A stretch of 32,000 nucleotides of DNA from a cyanobacterium endosymbiont of Braarudosphaera bigelowii (GTDB lineage: Bacteria; Cyanobacteriota; Cyanobacteriia; Cyanobacteriales; Microcystaceae). Of this stretch, positions 21,918 to 31,878 are shown one piece after another; the first letter of the stretch is position 1, and each line of letters begins with the position of its first letter. The DNA lies in contig NZ_AP024987.1 of the NCBI RefSeq assembly GCF_020885515.1, positions 1,050,001 through 1,082,000 on the forward strand, written 5' to 3'. Made by a program: the position numbers and the translations under genes. The notes beneath the pieces were generated by a model. It had not been told where the DNA came from. It saw only the letters and a program-made list of their open reading frames with translations, and did no database searches.

Positions 21918-22229
21918 TTAATTTTCTTCATTCTCTTTATCATCAGTATCATCGAAGAAAGTATCTTCAGCGGCGACTATTTCATTATAGCGACAGCCTA
22001 CAACAGAACCACTTTCCAAAAAATGAACAGCATAGATGTAATAGCTTTGAAGATAAGTACCAATACTAACAATATATCCCGTATCCCCTTTTTTAGCTAG
22101 ACTTTCTCCTACTTCTTTGCCAGGAAACGTTCCATCATTGCGAATCATTTTTCGAAGACGAACTTTTTGTTCTATTTCAAAAACTGGAGGATCATTAAGT
22201 TCGATTTCACCTGGATTATACAATCCCAT
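21918..22229 (-). CDS. nifZ: nitrogen fixation protein NifZ
   Basis: 103 aa; 'FEIEQKVRLRKMIRNDGTFPGKEVGESLAKKGDTGYIVSIGTYLQSYYIYAVHFLESGSVVGCRYNEI'. Confidence 0.93.
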   Translation of the reverse strand: MGLYNPGEIELNDPPVFEIEQKVRLRKMIRNDGTFPGKEVGESLAKKGDTGYIVSIGTYLQSYYIYAVHFLESGSVVGCRYNEIVAAEDTFFDDTDDKENEEN

Positions 22230-23364
22230 GAGATATTCTCCTATTTATTACTAAATCAAGTAGTTCTTCAATTGTTAGATTGCGTTTCATCTGTACAGAT
22301 AAATGACGAACAGCATCTAATATTTTTTGGGACTCTTCATAATCTATATTAATGCCATGTTGGCTTAATAAGTTTATCAACAAGCTTCGCCCCGAATGTT
22401 TACCAATTACTAAACGACGTTCCCAACCTATTTCTTCTGGAGCAAAAGGTTCATATGTCTGAGGATTTTTTAAAACTCCGTGAACATGAATGCCTGATTC
22501 ATGAGCAAATATGTTGTCCCCAACAATTGCTTTCCAAGGTGGAAGATTCATACCAGAGGCTTGAACAACTAGTTGAGATAATTCTCGTAAGCGAGAAGTA
22601 TTTATTGGTAAATTAATTTTGTATAGCTGCTTGAGAGCCATTACAATTTCTTCAAGAGCAGCATTGCCTGCTCGTTCCCCTAGTCCGTTAACTGTAGTAT
22701 TTACAGAAGTTGCTCCTGCTTGTAAACCTGCTAAAGCATTGGCAGTAGCTAAACCAAAATCATTGTGAGTATGCATTTCAACAGGAATAACGAGATTTTC
22801 AACTAATTTCTTTACTTTTTGGGTAGTAGTTAGAGGGCTAAGAATACCTACAGTATCACAGAAACGAAAACGGGAAGCTCCTAAATCTTGAGCATATTGA
22901 GCAAACTCTATTAAAAATGATTCGTTTGCACGTGAGGCATCTTCTGCACCAATAGAAACAAATAGTCCTTTGTCTAAAGCAAAATTGAGGCTACTTTTGA
23001 GTTTTTCCCAAACAGCTGTAGTTTTTCCGTCAAATTTTGCCTTAATTTGTATATCAGATACAGGAACGGCTATATGAACTCTTTTTAAGCCACAAGCGAT
23101 AGAGGCCTTTATATCTGAAATTACTGCACGATTCCATCCGAGAAGAGCAGTCTTCAATCCACTATTAACAATCTTAGTAATAGCTTCAGTTTCACTACCT
23201 CCCATTGCAGGAATTCCAACTTCTAGTTCAGGAATACCAATAATATCCATAAGAGATGCAATTGCAACTTTTTCGGCAACATTAAAAACTACTCCTGCCG
23301 CCTGTTCACCATCTCTTAAAGTTGTATCATTGATGTAGACATTACTCATGCATTTAATATTCAA
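22216..23364 (-). CDS. nifV: homocitrate synthase
   Basis: 382 aa; 'INDTTLRDGEQAAGVVF', 'VEMHTHNDFGLATANALAG', 'ESGIHVHG' in nif context. Confidence 0.96.
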   Translation of the reverse strand: MNIKCMSNVYINDTTLRDGEQAAGVVFNVAEKVAIASLMDIIGIPELEVGIPAMGGSETEAITKIVNSGLKTALLGWNRAVISDIKASIACGLKRVHIAVPVSDIQIKAKFDGKTTAVWEKLKSSLNFALDKGLFVSIGAEDASRANESFLIEFAQYAQDLGASRFRFCDTVGILSPLTTTQKVKKLVENLVIPVEMHTHNDFGLATANALAGLQAGATSVNTTVNGLGERAGNAALEEIVMALKQLYKINLPINTSRLRELSQLVVQASGMNLPPWKAIVGDNIFAHESGIHVHGVLKNPQTYEPFAPEEIGWERRLVIGKHSGRSLLINLLSQHGINIDYEESQKILDAVRHLSVQMKRNLTIEELLDLVINRRISHGIV

Positions 23365-23385
23365 GATTCTTAGACAAATCCTTTA

Positions 23386-23598
23386 TTAGGGTAATTGAAG
23401 ACAAACCTGGGCATCTAACCAATCCCAAATTAGTTGTAGCTGATTAGATGAGATCAAACCATATTGCCACAAAAGCATAGGGATTGGATCGTTCGGCTGA
23501 CGTTGGTTATTAAAGACAACAGATAAATCTTTTGAAGAAATAGCAATTTCCTGTTGTAGGAATTGTCTAAATTCTGTAGATATTAATTGTTTTTGCAT
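23386..23598 (-). CDS. small DUF2949-like protein, start reassigned to the internal ATG at 23598
   Basis: MQKQLISTEFRQFLQQEIAISSKDLSVVFNNQRQPNDPIPMLLWQYGLISSNQLQLIWDWLD resembles cyanobacterial DUF2949. The 28 aa before this ATG in the ORF track look unrelated. Confidence 0.65.
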   Translation of the reverse strand: MQKQLISTEFRQFLQQEIAISSKDLSVVFNNQRQPNDPIPMLLWQYGLISSNQLQLIWDWLDAQVCLQLP

Positions 23599-24055
23599 AA
23601 CAGTACTCAGAGTTAAGTTATTAATATTTTGACACCAACTAGAAAAGAAGCAAAGAGACTTAAGGTTAAAATAATAAATCATTCATAGGAATAAAATATT
23701 TTCTAATCAATAAATTTCTTCTGGTTATGAATAATAATTAAACTCTAAGACTTGGAATATTATTATTTTTCCAAATTGACTAATTTTTAGGCTAGCTAGA
23801 TTAAAAAATAACAATAATTAAGTCCTACTCTAATTATTTTATTAAGAAAGGTTCACTTAACGCATAAGCTGTAAAGTAAAATAACATAATCATAGTGCTT
23901 TACGTTAATACTAATTTATAAAAAGCCATTTTTTAAATATCTATAAAGGACTATTGATTGTTAATAACTTTAGTAAATTATGGGTTTGATCATAACAATA
24001 ATTGTTAACTGCTCAATCCGAATATTAAAACAATTAGACAAGAGCTTCCAATTTG

Positions 24056-24098
24056 AAAAACATTCTCACAATTATAAAGGAAAAGTGAGAATGTTTTT
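24056..24098. terminator. perfect 14-bp-arm hairpin flanked by A and T runs, possible bidirectional terminator
   Basis: AAAAACATTCTCAC (24056-24069), 15-nt loop, GTGAGAATGTTTTT (24085-24098). Confidence 0.6.
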
Positions 24099-24807
24099 TG
24101 TATCTTATGTATCTTTTTTCCTCATTTTTCAGATCTGGATTTAATGAAATTTTAATAATCTAAATTGTCAAATCAACGTTTAAATTACCAAAATAGCCTA
24201 GCTTATAAATTTTATACAGGAACTTATTTCAAATATGTTAACTGTTGTTTTCATGTTGATTCGATTTATGAAAAAACATAATGGACTAACTTTATTTGAA
24301 ATAATTAATCCTATAGCTTTAAGTCAAAATATTCAATCCGTTGACACTTTGATAAATATACTTCCAAGTAATTAGATTTAGTAGACCAAATATTGAGTAG
24401 AAAATAAAAAATCTACTTATAAGGCTAATGATTTGTTCAATACCAAGCATCATAAGAATTGAATAATGAGTATAAAAATACATGAATCTATTAATAAAAA
24501 TACTCAAGCTATCTTCAAAAAATACATGTACCTTACTCTTTACAAAAAAAAAATCTTTTAAAAACCTTGTGTGAAGTGAGTTTAAAAGTATGAGTGCATC
24601 CTAAGTATCATAATTAATTTCGATTCCTTCAAAGCAACCTGACGCATAATTGACGAATGATATAAATGTTTATAACGCCGAAAACATAAAGCTTGAAATC
24701 TGATTATCGTTGATTGTTTAATCTGTTAAGGTTTTAGACTGTTTTTCCTTAAAAACTTCTTTTACTATCTCCTACTTCCTTGTCACCCTTTAACTTCACG
24801 GAATTAA

Positions 24808-26277
24808 ATGCTACAAACTACTGGTTTGACTAATAATAACGCATCTATAGCCAACAAGACGAATTCTACAGAAACGTTATCTACTCCTAAAGCTAAGGAA
24901 AGCTGCGCTTGTCCTTCAACAGGAGACAAGCCACAACTAGATGCTAGTATTCAAGAACGTATTGCTAGGCACCCATGTTACAGCGAGGATGCCCATCATC
25001 ACTACGCAAGAATGCACGTTGCTGTCGCTCCTGCCTGCAATATCCAATGTAACTATTGTAACCGTAAATACGATTGTGCTAACGAAAGCCGTCCTGGCGT
25101 CGTTAGTGAAGTACTAACCCCAGAAGAGGCAGCCCATAAGGCTTTAGTTATTGGTGGCAAGATACCCCAAATGACAGTACTAGGAATTGCTGGTCCTGGG
25201 GATCCACTAGCTAATCCTAAGCAGACATTTCGTACCTTTGAGCTAGTTGCGGAGAAAGCTCCGGATATTAAACTCTGCTTGTCTAGTAACGGCTTGATGC
25301 TTCCTGAATATATAGATCGTATCAAAGAGCTGAATATCGACCATGTTACATTAACAATAAATATGGTTGATCCTGAAATTGGAGCTAAAATCTATCCTTG
25401 GGTTCGTTATAATCGTAAGCGTTACAAGGGAATAGAAGGTGTTAAGATCCTTCATGAAAAACAAATGGAGTCTCTTGATGCACTTAGAGAAGCAGATATT
25501 CTCTGTAAAGTTAACTCTGTAATGATACCAGGTATAAACGATGAGCATCTTGTAGAGGTAAACAGAGTTATTCAGTCGAAAGGTGCATTTCTTCATAACA
25601 TAATGCCTTTAATTTCTGCTCCTGAGCATGGTACTCATTTTGGTTTGACAGGTCAAAGAGGCCCTACTCCAAAAGAACTAAAAGCTCTTCAGGATAAGTG
25701 CTCGGGCAATATGAAAATGATGCGCCACTGTCGTCAGTGCCGTGCCGATGCTGTAGGATTGCTGGGAGAAGATCGTTCTCAAGAATTTACTAAAGATAAA
25801 TTTTTAGAGATGAAACCTGAATATGACCTAAAGCAGAGACAAGATGTTCATGCAAATATTGAGAAATTCACAGCCGAAGTGAATATGGCCAAGGCAGAAC
25901 AAAGTACTCAAAATGAGATAGACACGCCTACGATTTTAGTAGCGGTAGCAACTAAAGGCAATCGGCTCGTCAACCAGCACTTCGGTCATGCTACAGAGTT
26001 TCAAATTTTTGAAGTAAATGGTACTGATGTAAAATTCGTTGCTCATCGTAAAGTTGATCATTATTGTCAATCTGGTTATGGTGAAGAAACAAGCTTAGAT
26101 AGTATTATCAAATCTATTTCCGATTGCAAAGGAGTTCTAGCTTCTAAGATTGGTCTTTGTCCCCAAGAAGCGCTTCGAAAAGCCGGTCTGGAACCTTATG
26201 AAGCATATGACATTATTGATAATGTCGCTATTAATTTTTACAAAGAGTATATGCAAAAGCAAACTGTAGGAGTTTAA
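24808..26277 (+). CDS. nifB: nitrogenase cofactor biosynthesis protein NifB, radical SAM plus C-terminal NifX/NafY-like domain
   Basis: 489 aa; '[32 protein letters not shown]', '[15 protein letters not shown]', C-terminal '[26 protein letters not shown]'. Confidence 0.98.
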   Translation: MLQTTGLTNNNASIANKTNSTETLSTPKAKESCACPSTGDKPQLDASIQERIARHPCYSEDAHHHYARMHVAVAPACNIQCNYCNRKYDCANESRPGVVSEVLTPEEAAHKALVIGGKIPQMTVLGIAGPGDPLANPKQTFRTFELVAEKAPDIKLCLSSNGLMLPEYIDRIKELNIDHVTLTINMVDPEIGAKIYPWVRYNRKRYKGIEGVKILHEKQMESLDALREADILCKVNSVMIPGINDEHLVEVNRVIQSKGAFLHNIMPLISAPEHGTHFGLTGQRGPTPKELKALQDKCSGNMKMMRHCRQCRADAVGLLGEDRSQEFTKDKFLEMKPEYDLKQRQDVHANIEKFTAEVNMAKAEQSTQNEIDTPTILVAVATKGNRLVNQHFGHATEFQIFEVNGTDVKFVAHRKVDHYCQSGYGEETSLDSIIKSISDCKGVLASKIGLCPQEALRKAGLEPYEAYDIIDNVAINFYKEYMQKQTVGV

Positions 26278-26280
26278 AAC

Positions 26281-26463
26281 ATGAGCAACGTCTTAGACCA
26301 CTGCCTTCAGTTGAGTTACTTAATATTTACTAAGTCCTCCTCTGACACGTCATCGACTCAAATGGATAATAATTGCAAAAACTGTATTAATAATTATTCT
26401 ATTCCACCATGTACTGGCTTTTCTAAAGACTATAATTGCTCTTCTCCTGGTTTAAATACTTAA
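26281..26463 (+). pseudogene. candidate eroded fdxN (2x[4Fe-4S] ferredoxin) relic or very diverged small nif-operon ORF
   Basis: 60 aa ORF starting 3 bp after the nifB stop, at the usual fdxN position. 'HCLQLSYLIFTKSS' fits C-x2-C-x2-C-x3-C-P spacing with only the first Cys kept. 'CKNCINNYSIPPCTGFS' fits C-x2-C-x8-C-x3-C with the last Cys replaced by Ser. Confidence 0.55.
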
Positions 26464-26896
26464 TACTAAGTGATGGCTTCAAATTATAGTTATAAGTACA
26501 TCTACTACTAACACAGTGTAGTGATGGTAGTTCTCTAAAGACAAAAAAATACTATTTATCCAGAAGCATTGTACTTTACAGCAACTTCGTAAGTAGCTGA
26601 AAATCCTTTAGAAGTCTAGCAAAAACTAAGTTTCTTATACTGTTAGATTTCTCAAAGGATGGCGGACATTAGTAGTCTAAACACACGTAACAGACATTGG
26701 TGTAATTGCACCAAGATATTTAGAGAAATTTGGATAATACTTATTAATTACCTGAGGAGCTAACTTTTCTTCCCGAAAACCCAGTAATGACAGATTAGAA
26801 GCAAGATATTCGGTCTTGAAACTATAGTTAATCTGGTAATTGTATGTAAATTCTCGATCTAGTTTCTGATTTTGTTAGATACATGGTAGGCAAATA

Positions 26897-28099
26897 ATGA
26901 AAGACTGTATATATTTAGATAATAATGCAACTACGCAAATAGACAGCGAAGTACTCTCAGAGATGATGCCTTACCTCAACTTCTATTATGGTAATCCATC
27001 TAGCATGCACTCTTTTGGTGGTCAAGTTGGAAAAGCTGTCCGTACAGGAAGAGAACAAGTCGCATCTCTGCTAGGTGCTGAGCCATCCGAAATCATTTTT
27101 ACAAGCTGTGGTACCGAAGGAGATAATGCGGCCATTAATGCTGCACTGATATCTCAAAAGAATAAGCGTCATATTATTACAACTGAAGTAGAACATCCAG
27201 CTATCCTAAGTCACTGTAAACAGCTTGAAAGACAAGGTTATCAGGTAACATACTTATCTGTAGATAAGTATGGTCAACTTGACCTAAATGAAGTCCAAGC
27301 ATCCTTAAATGGAAATACAGCACTAGTATCTATCATGTATGCTAATAACGAGACTGGTGTTATCTTTCCTATTGAAGAGATAGGTCAAATGGTTAAAGAG
27401 TATGGAGCCTTATTTCATGTAGATGCAGTACAGGCGGTAGGTAAAATACCTTTAAATATGAAAACAAGTACCATTGATATGCTAACTATATCTGGTCATA
27501 AGATTCATGCTCCGAAAGGAATAGGCGCTCTATATATTCGTAAAGGTGTACGTTTCCGCCCCCTCATAATTGGTGGACATCAAGAAAGAGGACGCCGAGG
27601 TGGTACAGAAAACGTAGCTGGAATAGCCGCTCTAGGTAAAGCAGCAGAGTTGGCTCAATTAAACCTATCTAATATACACGAAGAACGAGAGTTAAGAGAT
27701 TACTTAGAAAATACTATTTTAGACTTAATTCCTGATACTGTTGTTAACGGTGAAAGGACAAAAAGATTACCAAATACAACAAATATAGGTTTCAAATATA
27801 TAGAAGGAGAAGCAATTCTTTTATCTATTAATAAGTATGGTATTTGTGCCTCTTCTGGATCAGCATGTACTTCAGGTTCATTGGAGCCTTCTCATGTGCT
27901 AAGAGCTATGAAGGTACCTTATAGTGTACTTCACGGATCTATTCGTTTTAGTCTTTCACGATATACGACTAAAAGCGAAATTGATCGAGTAATAGAAATC
28001 CTACCAGATACGATTAGTCGCCTTCGTGCTATATCGCCTTTCAGCAGCGATAACTCTACTTGGTTACAGGAAATGGAAAAGGAAGCTTTAGCCAAATAG
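26897..28099 (+). CDS. nifS: cysteine desulfurase NifS
   Basis: 400 aa; 'IYLDNNATTQID', 'SGHKIHAPKGIGALYIRKGV', 'GICASSGSACTSGSLEPSHVL'. Confidence 0.97.
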   Translation: MKDCIYLDNNATTQIDSEVLSEMMPYLNFYYGNPSSMHSFGGQVGKAVRTGREQVASLLGAEPSEIIFTSCGTEGDNAAINAALISQKNKRHIITTEVEHPAILSHCKQLERQGYQVTYLSVDKYGQLDLNEVQASLNGNTALVSIMYANNETGVIFPIEEIGQMVKEYGALFHVDAVQAVGKIPLNMKTSTIDMLTISGHKIHAPKGIGALYIRKGVRFRPLIIGGHQERGRRGGTENVAGIAALGKAAELAQLNLSNIHEERELRDYLENTILDLIPDTVVNGERTKRLPNTTNIGFKYIEGEAILLSINKYGICASSGSACTSGSLEPSHVLRAMKVPYSVLHGSIRFSLSRYTTKSEIDRVIEILPDTISRLRAISPFSSDNSTWLQEMEKEALAK

Positions 28100-28181
28100 C
28101 TAAGAATGAAAACATTGAAGAAAGTATCTTTTTTCTCTAAAAATAACTAACAACCAATATTCAAATATATAGTAATCAATT

Positions 28182-29066
28182 ATGTGGGAATATACAGACA
28201 AAGTGATGGACCTTTTTCATAACCCTAGAAACCAAGGGGTAATCGATGAGAAAGAAAATGGGCAGGCTATTACGACTGGAGAAGTAGGTAGTATTGCTTG
28301 TGGAGATGCGTTAAAGCTACACCTAAAAATTGATGAAAATAGTCAGACTATTATTGAAGCCCGCTTCCAAACTTTTGGGTGTGCTTCCGCTATTGCTTCT
28401 TCTTCTGCATTAACGGAGTTGCTAGTCGGTAAAACCTTAGACGAAGCTCTTAGTCTTACAAACAAGGAAATAGCAGATTATCTAGGAGGACTACCAGAAG
28501 AAAAGATGCACTGTTCTGTAATGGGTCAAGAAGCTTTAGAAGCCGCAATTTTCAATTACAGAGGCATTCCTTTAGATAATCATGAAGATGACGAAGGAGC
28601 ACTCATCTGTCGTTGTTTTGGAGTAACTAATACAAGAATCCATCGCATTATTCTTGAAAATAGCCTAACTACAGCTGAACAAGTAACTAATTATGTTAAA
28701 GCTGGTGGTGGATGTGGCTCCTGTTTAACTGACATCGATGACATTATTGCTGACGTCACAGAAAAGAGACTTGTTTCAGTAGAAGATATATCTCCACAAA
28801 CTGATGTACCCGAATTAGAAGTAAAAGTACTGACTAATCTGCAAAAAATTACACTTATTCAAAAAGTCCTGGAAGAAGAAGTTAAACCTACCTTAGCTAA
28901 GGATGGGGGAGATGTAGAGCTATTTGATATAGAAGGTAATTTAATTAAAGTTGTTTTAAAAGGAGCTTGTAGTTCTTGTAGCAGCAGTACATTTACTCTG
29001 AAAACTGCTATTGAAGCTAGGCTACGAGAACGAGTCTCTAAAGATTTAGCTGTCATTGCTGTATAA
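28182..29066 (+). CDS. nifU: Fe-S cluster scaffold NifU, three-domain form
   Basis: 294 aa; 'GEVGSIACGDALKLHLKID' N-terminal scaffold, central 'ICRCFGVTNTRI...GGGCGSCL' [2Fe-2S] domain, C-terminal 'VLKGACSSCSSSTFTLKTAIE' Nfu domain. Confidence 0.97.
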   Translation: MWEYTDKVMDLFHNPRNQGVIDEKENGQAITTGEVGSIACGDALKLHLKIDENSQTIIEARFQTFGCASAIASSSALTELLVGKTLDEALSLTNKEIADYLGGLPEEKMHCSVMGQEALEAAIFNYRGIPLDNHEDDEGALICRCFGVTNTRIHRIILENSLTTAEQVTNYVKAGGGCGSCLTDIDDIIADVTEKRLVSVEDISPQTDVPELEVKVLTNLQKITLIQKVLEEEVKPTLAKDGGDVELFDIEGNLIKVVLKGACSSCSSSTFTLKTAIEARLRERVSKDLAVIAV

Positions 29067-29114
29067 GCATCAGATACACCGAATATACAATTAATTTAAC
29101 ACGAGGTAAAGAAC

Positions 29115-29156
29115 ATGATTAATCAAAAGAAAGGTGAGGAGCGATCTCCACCATGA
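29115..29156 (+). other. candidate leader ORF 1 in the nifU-nifH gap (13 aa: MINQKKGEERSPP)
   Basis: ATG at 29115 preceded by 'cgaggtaaagaac' (SD-like); ends at TGA 29154-29156, overlapping the next ATG as ATGA. Confidence 0.35.
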
Positions 29157-29169
29157 GCATTGCTCCTCA
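29135..29169 (+). promoter_or_regulatory. hairpin in the nifH 5' leader region
   Basis: TGAGGAGC (29135-29142) pairs with GCTCCTCA (29162-29169). Stem extends inward by three pairs (G-U, A-U, U-A). Confidence 0.6.
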
Positions 29170-29209
29170 TATCGAAAGATGCATTTCTAGGCAAAAAATA
29201 ATTGCGTAA
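29153..29209 (+). other. candidate leader ORF 2 in the nifU-nifH gap (18 aa: MSIAPHIERCISRQKIIA)
   Basis: ATG at 29153, stop TAA ending 29209; SD-like 'aaaggtgaggag' upstream; its ATG sits in the hairpin loop. Confidence 0.35.
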
Positions 29210-29272
29210 TTTAGCTTTTATTCATTGCGCTTAGATCAACTATTCTTTCATTTTTTATATACTCACCTCTAA

Positions 29273-30157
<885 letters not shown>

Positions 30158-30163
30158 TAGGTC

Positions 30164-30181
30164 GATCTAGTCACATAGATC
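30164..30181 (+). other. small hairpin just after nifH
   Basis: GATCTA (30164-30169), loop gtcaca, TAGATC (30176-30181), 7 bp downstream of the nifH stop. Confidence 0.45.
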
Positions 30182-30325
30182 TGAAAATATTCCAGGGCAA
30201 AAGTAAATAGGAAATGGTAACTAGTTTTATTGTTGATTAATTATCAGCTTAAAATTAAACCGATTCTTTTGCCTTAAAATTTCCTTACTAAATTGTCCTT
30301 TGTCTAAAACCTTAAGAGGATCATT

Positions 30326-31768
30326 ATGGCAACAGTCGAAGAAAATAAGAAGCTCATTGCCGACGTTTTGGCAACTTATCCTGCAAAAGCTGCTAAAAAA
30401 CGTAATAAGCACCTTGGTGTTTATGAAGAAGGAGCTGATGATTGTGGTGTTAAATCCAACAAAGTATCTCTACCAGGTGTTATGACCGCTCGCGGTTGTG
30501 CTTATGCTGGATCCAAAGGGGTAGTTTGGGGTCCTATTAAAGATATGATTCATATCTCTCATGGACCTGTTGGTTGTGGTTACTACTCTTGGTCTGGTCG
30601 TCGTAACTACTACATCGGAGTAACCGGAGTAGATAGTTTCGGTACCATGAACTTCACATCTGACTTCCAAGAACGTGATGTTGTTTTTGGTGGAGACACA
30701 AAACTAAGTCAACTTATTGACGAAGTTGAAATATTATTCCCTCTTAATGGTGGTATTTCAGTTCAATCAGAATGTCCTATTGGTTTAATTGGAGATGATA
30801 TTGAAGCAGTATCTCGTGCAAAAACCAAAGAAATCGGCAAACAAGTTATTCCTGTTCGTTGCGAAGGATTCCGCGGAGTTTCTCAATCCTTAGGACATCA
30901 CATTGCTAACGATGTGATTCGTGATTGGGTTTTCCCAGTTGCTGATAAAGAAATTGCTGAAAAAGGCAATGAAGGTACTCCTTATGATGTTGCTATCATT
31001 GGTGACTACAATATTGGTGGAGATGCTTGGTCCAGTCGTATTCTTTTAGAAGAAATGGGACTACGTGTTATTGCTCAGTGGTCTGGTGATGGTACCTTCA
31101 CTGAAATGAAAGCAACACCTAGCGTTAAGTTAAACCTAGTCCATTGCTACCGTTCCATGAACTACATTAGTCGTCACATGGAAGAAAAATACGGTATTCC
31201 TTGGTTAGAATACAACTTCTTTGGACCCAGCAAAATTATTGAATCTTTAAGAGCAATTGCTGAGCGTTTTGATGACACAATTCAACAAAAAGCTGAAGCA
31301 GTAATCGCTAAATATAAAGAGCAAGCTGATGGTATTATAGCTAAATATCGCCCTCGTTTAGAAGGCAAAACCGTCATGATGATGGTTGGTGGATTACGTC
31401 CTCGTCACGTTGTTCCTGCTTTCAAAGATTTGGGAATGGAAATCATCGGAACTGGATATGAGTTTGCTCATGGTGATGACTATAAACGTACTACTCACTA
31501 TGTTAAAGACGCTACCCTTATCTATGATGATGTTACTGGTTATGAGTTCGAAGAATTTGTTAAAGAACTTAAGCCTGATTTAGTAGCTGCAGGAATTAAA
31601 GAGAAGTATGTCTTCCAAAAAATGGCTCTTCCTTTCCGCCAAATGCACTCTTGGGATTATTCAGGTCCTTACCACGGTTATGATGGCTTTGCTATCTTTG
31701 CACGTGATATGGATTTAGCCCTTAACAATCCTACTTGGGGACTAGTTGGAACCCCTTGGAATAAATAA
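30326..31768 (+). CDS. nifD: nitrogenase molybdenum-iron protein alpha chain NifD
   Basis: 480 aa; '[38 protein letters not shown]', '[18 protein letters not shown]', '[24 protein letters not shown]'. Confidence 0.99.
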   Translation: MATVEENKKLIADVLATYPAKAAKKRNKHLGVYEEGADDCGVKSNKVSLPGVMTARGCAYAGSKGVVWGPIKDMIHISHGPVGCGYYSWSGRRNYYIGVTGVDSFGTMNFTSDFQERDVVFGGDTKLSQLIDEVEILFPLNGGISVQSECPIGLIGDDIEAVSRAKTKEIGKQVIPVRCEGFRGVSQSLGHHIANDVIRDWVFPVADKEIAEKGNEGTPYDVAIIGDYNIGGDAWSSRILLEEMGLRVIAQWSGDGTFTEMKATPSVKLNLVHCYRSMNYISRHMEEKYGIPWLEYNFFGPSKIIESLRAIAERFDDTIQQKAEAVIAKYKEQADGIIAKYRPRLEGKTVMMMVGGLRPRHVVPAFKDLGMEIIGTGYEFAHGDDYKRTTHYVKDATLIYDDVTGYEFEEFVKELKPDLVAAGIKEKYVFQKMALPFRQMHSWDYSGPYHGYDGFAIFARDMDLALNNPTWGLVGTPWNK

Positions 31769-31782
31769 AAAAGGCTGAATGT

Positions 31783-31817
31783 GGAGGATGAGGAGATTTT
31801 TTATCCCCTCTCCCTTC
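31783..31817 (+). other. purine/pyrimidine-rich hairpin in the nifD-nifK gap
   Basis: Core GAGGAGAT (31790-31797), loop ttttt, ATCCCCTC (31803-31810) with one mismatch; further outer pairing between GGAGG (31783-31787) and CCTTC (31813-31817), including one G-U. Confidence 0.45.
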
Positions 31818-31878
31818 CCCTCCCCCCTTTTCTAAGGATTCTTTGTCCGAGACACACATCCACACGGAGTTACTAAAG

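Noticed and set aside
24319-24507. Minus-strand 62-aa hydrophobic ORF in the nif divergent gap
   Set aside because: AT-driven hydrophobic composition, no clear RBS or family motif; not convincing as a nifP remnant.
25053-25596. Two minus-strand ORFs (25053..25325 and 25351..25596)
   Set aside because: Antisense to the radical SAM core and following part of nifB, which fully explains the sequence.
28859-29056. Minus-strand ORF over the nifU C-terminus
   Set aside because: Shadow of the conserved Nfu domain; likewise 29983..30174, 30470..30670 and 31386..31583 are shadows of nifH/nifD.
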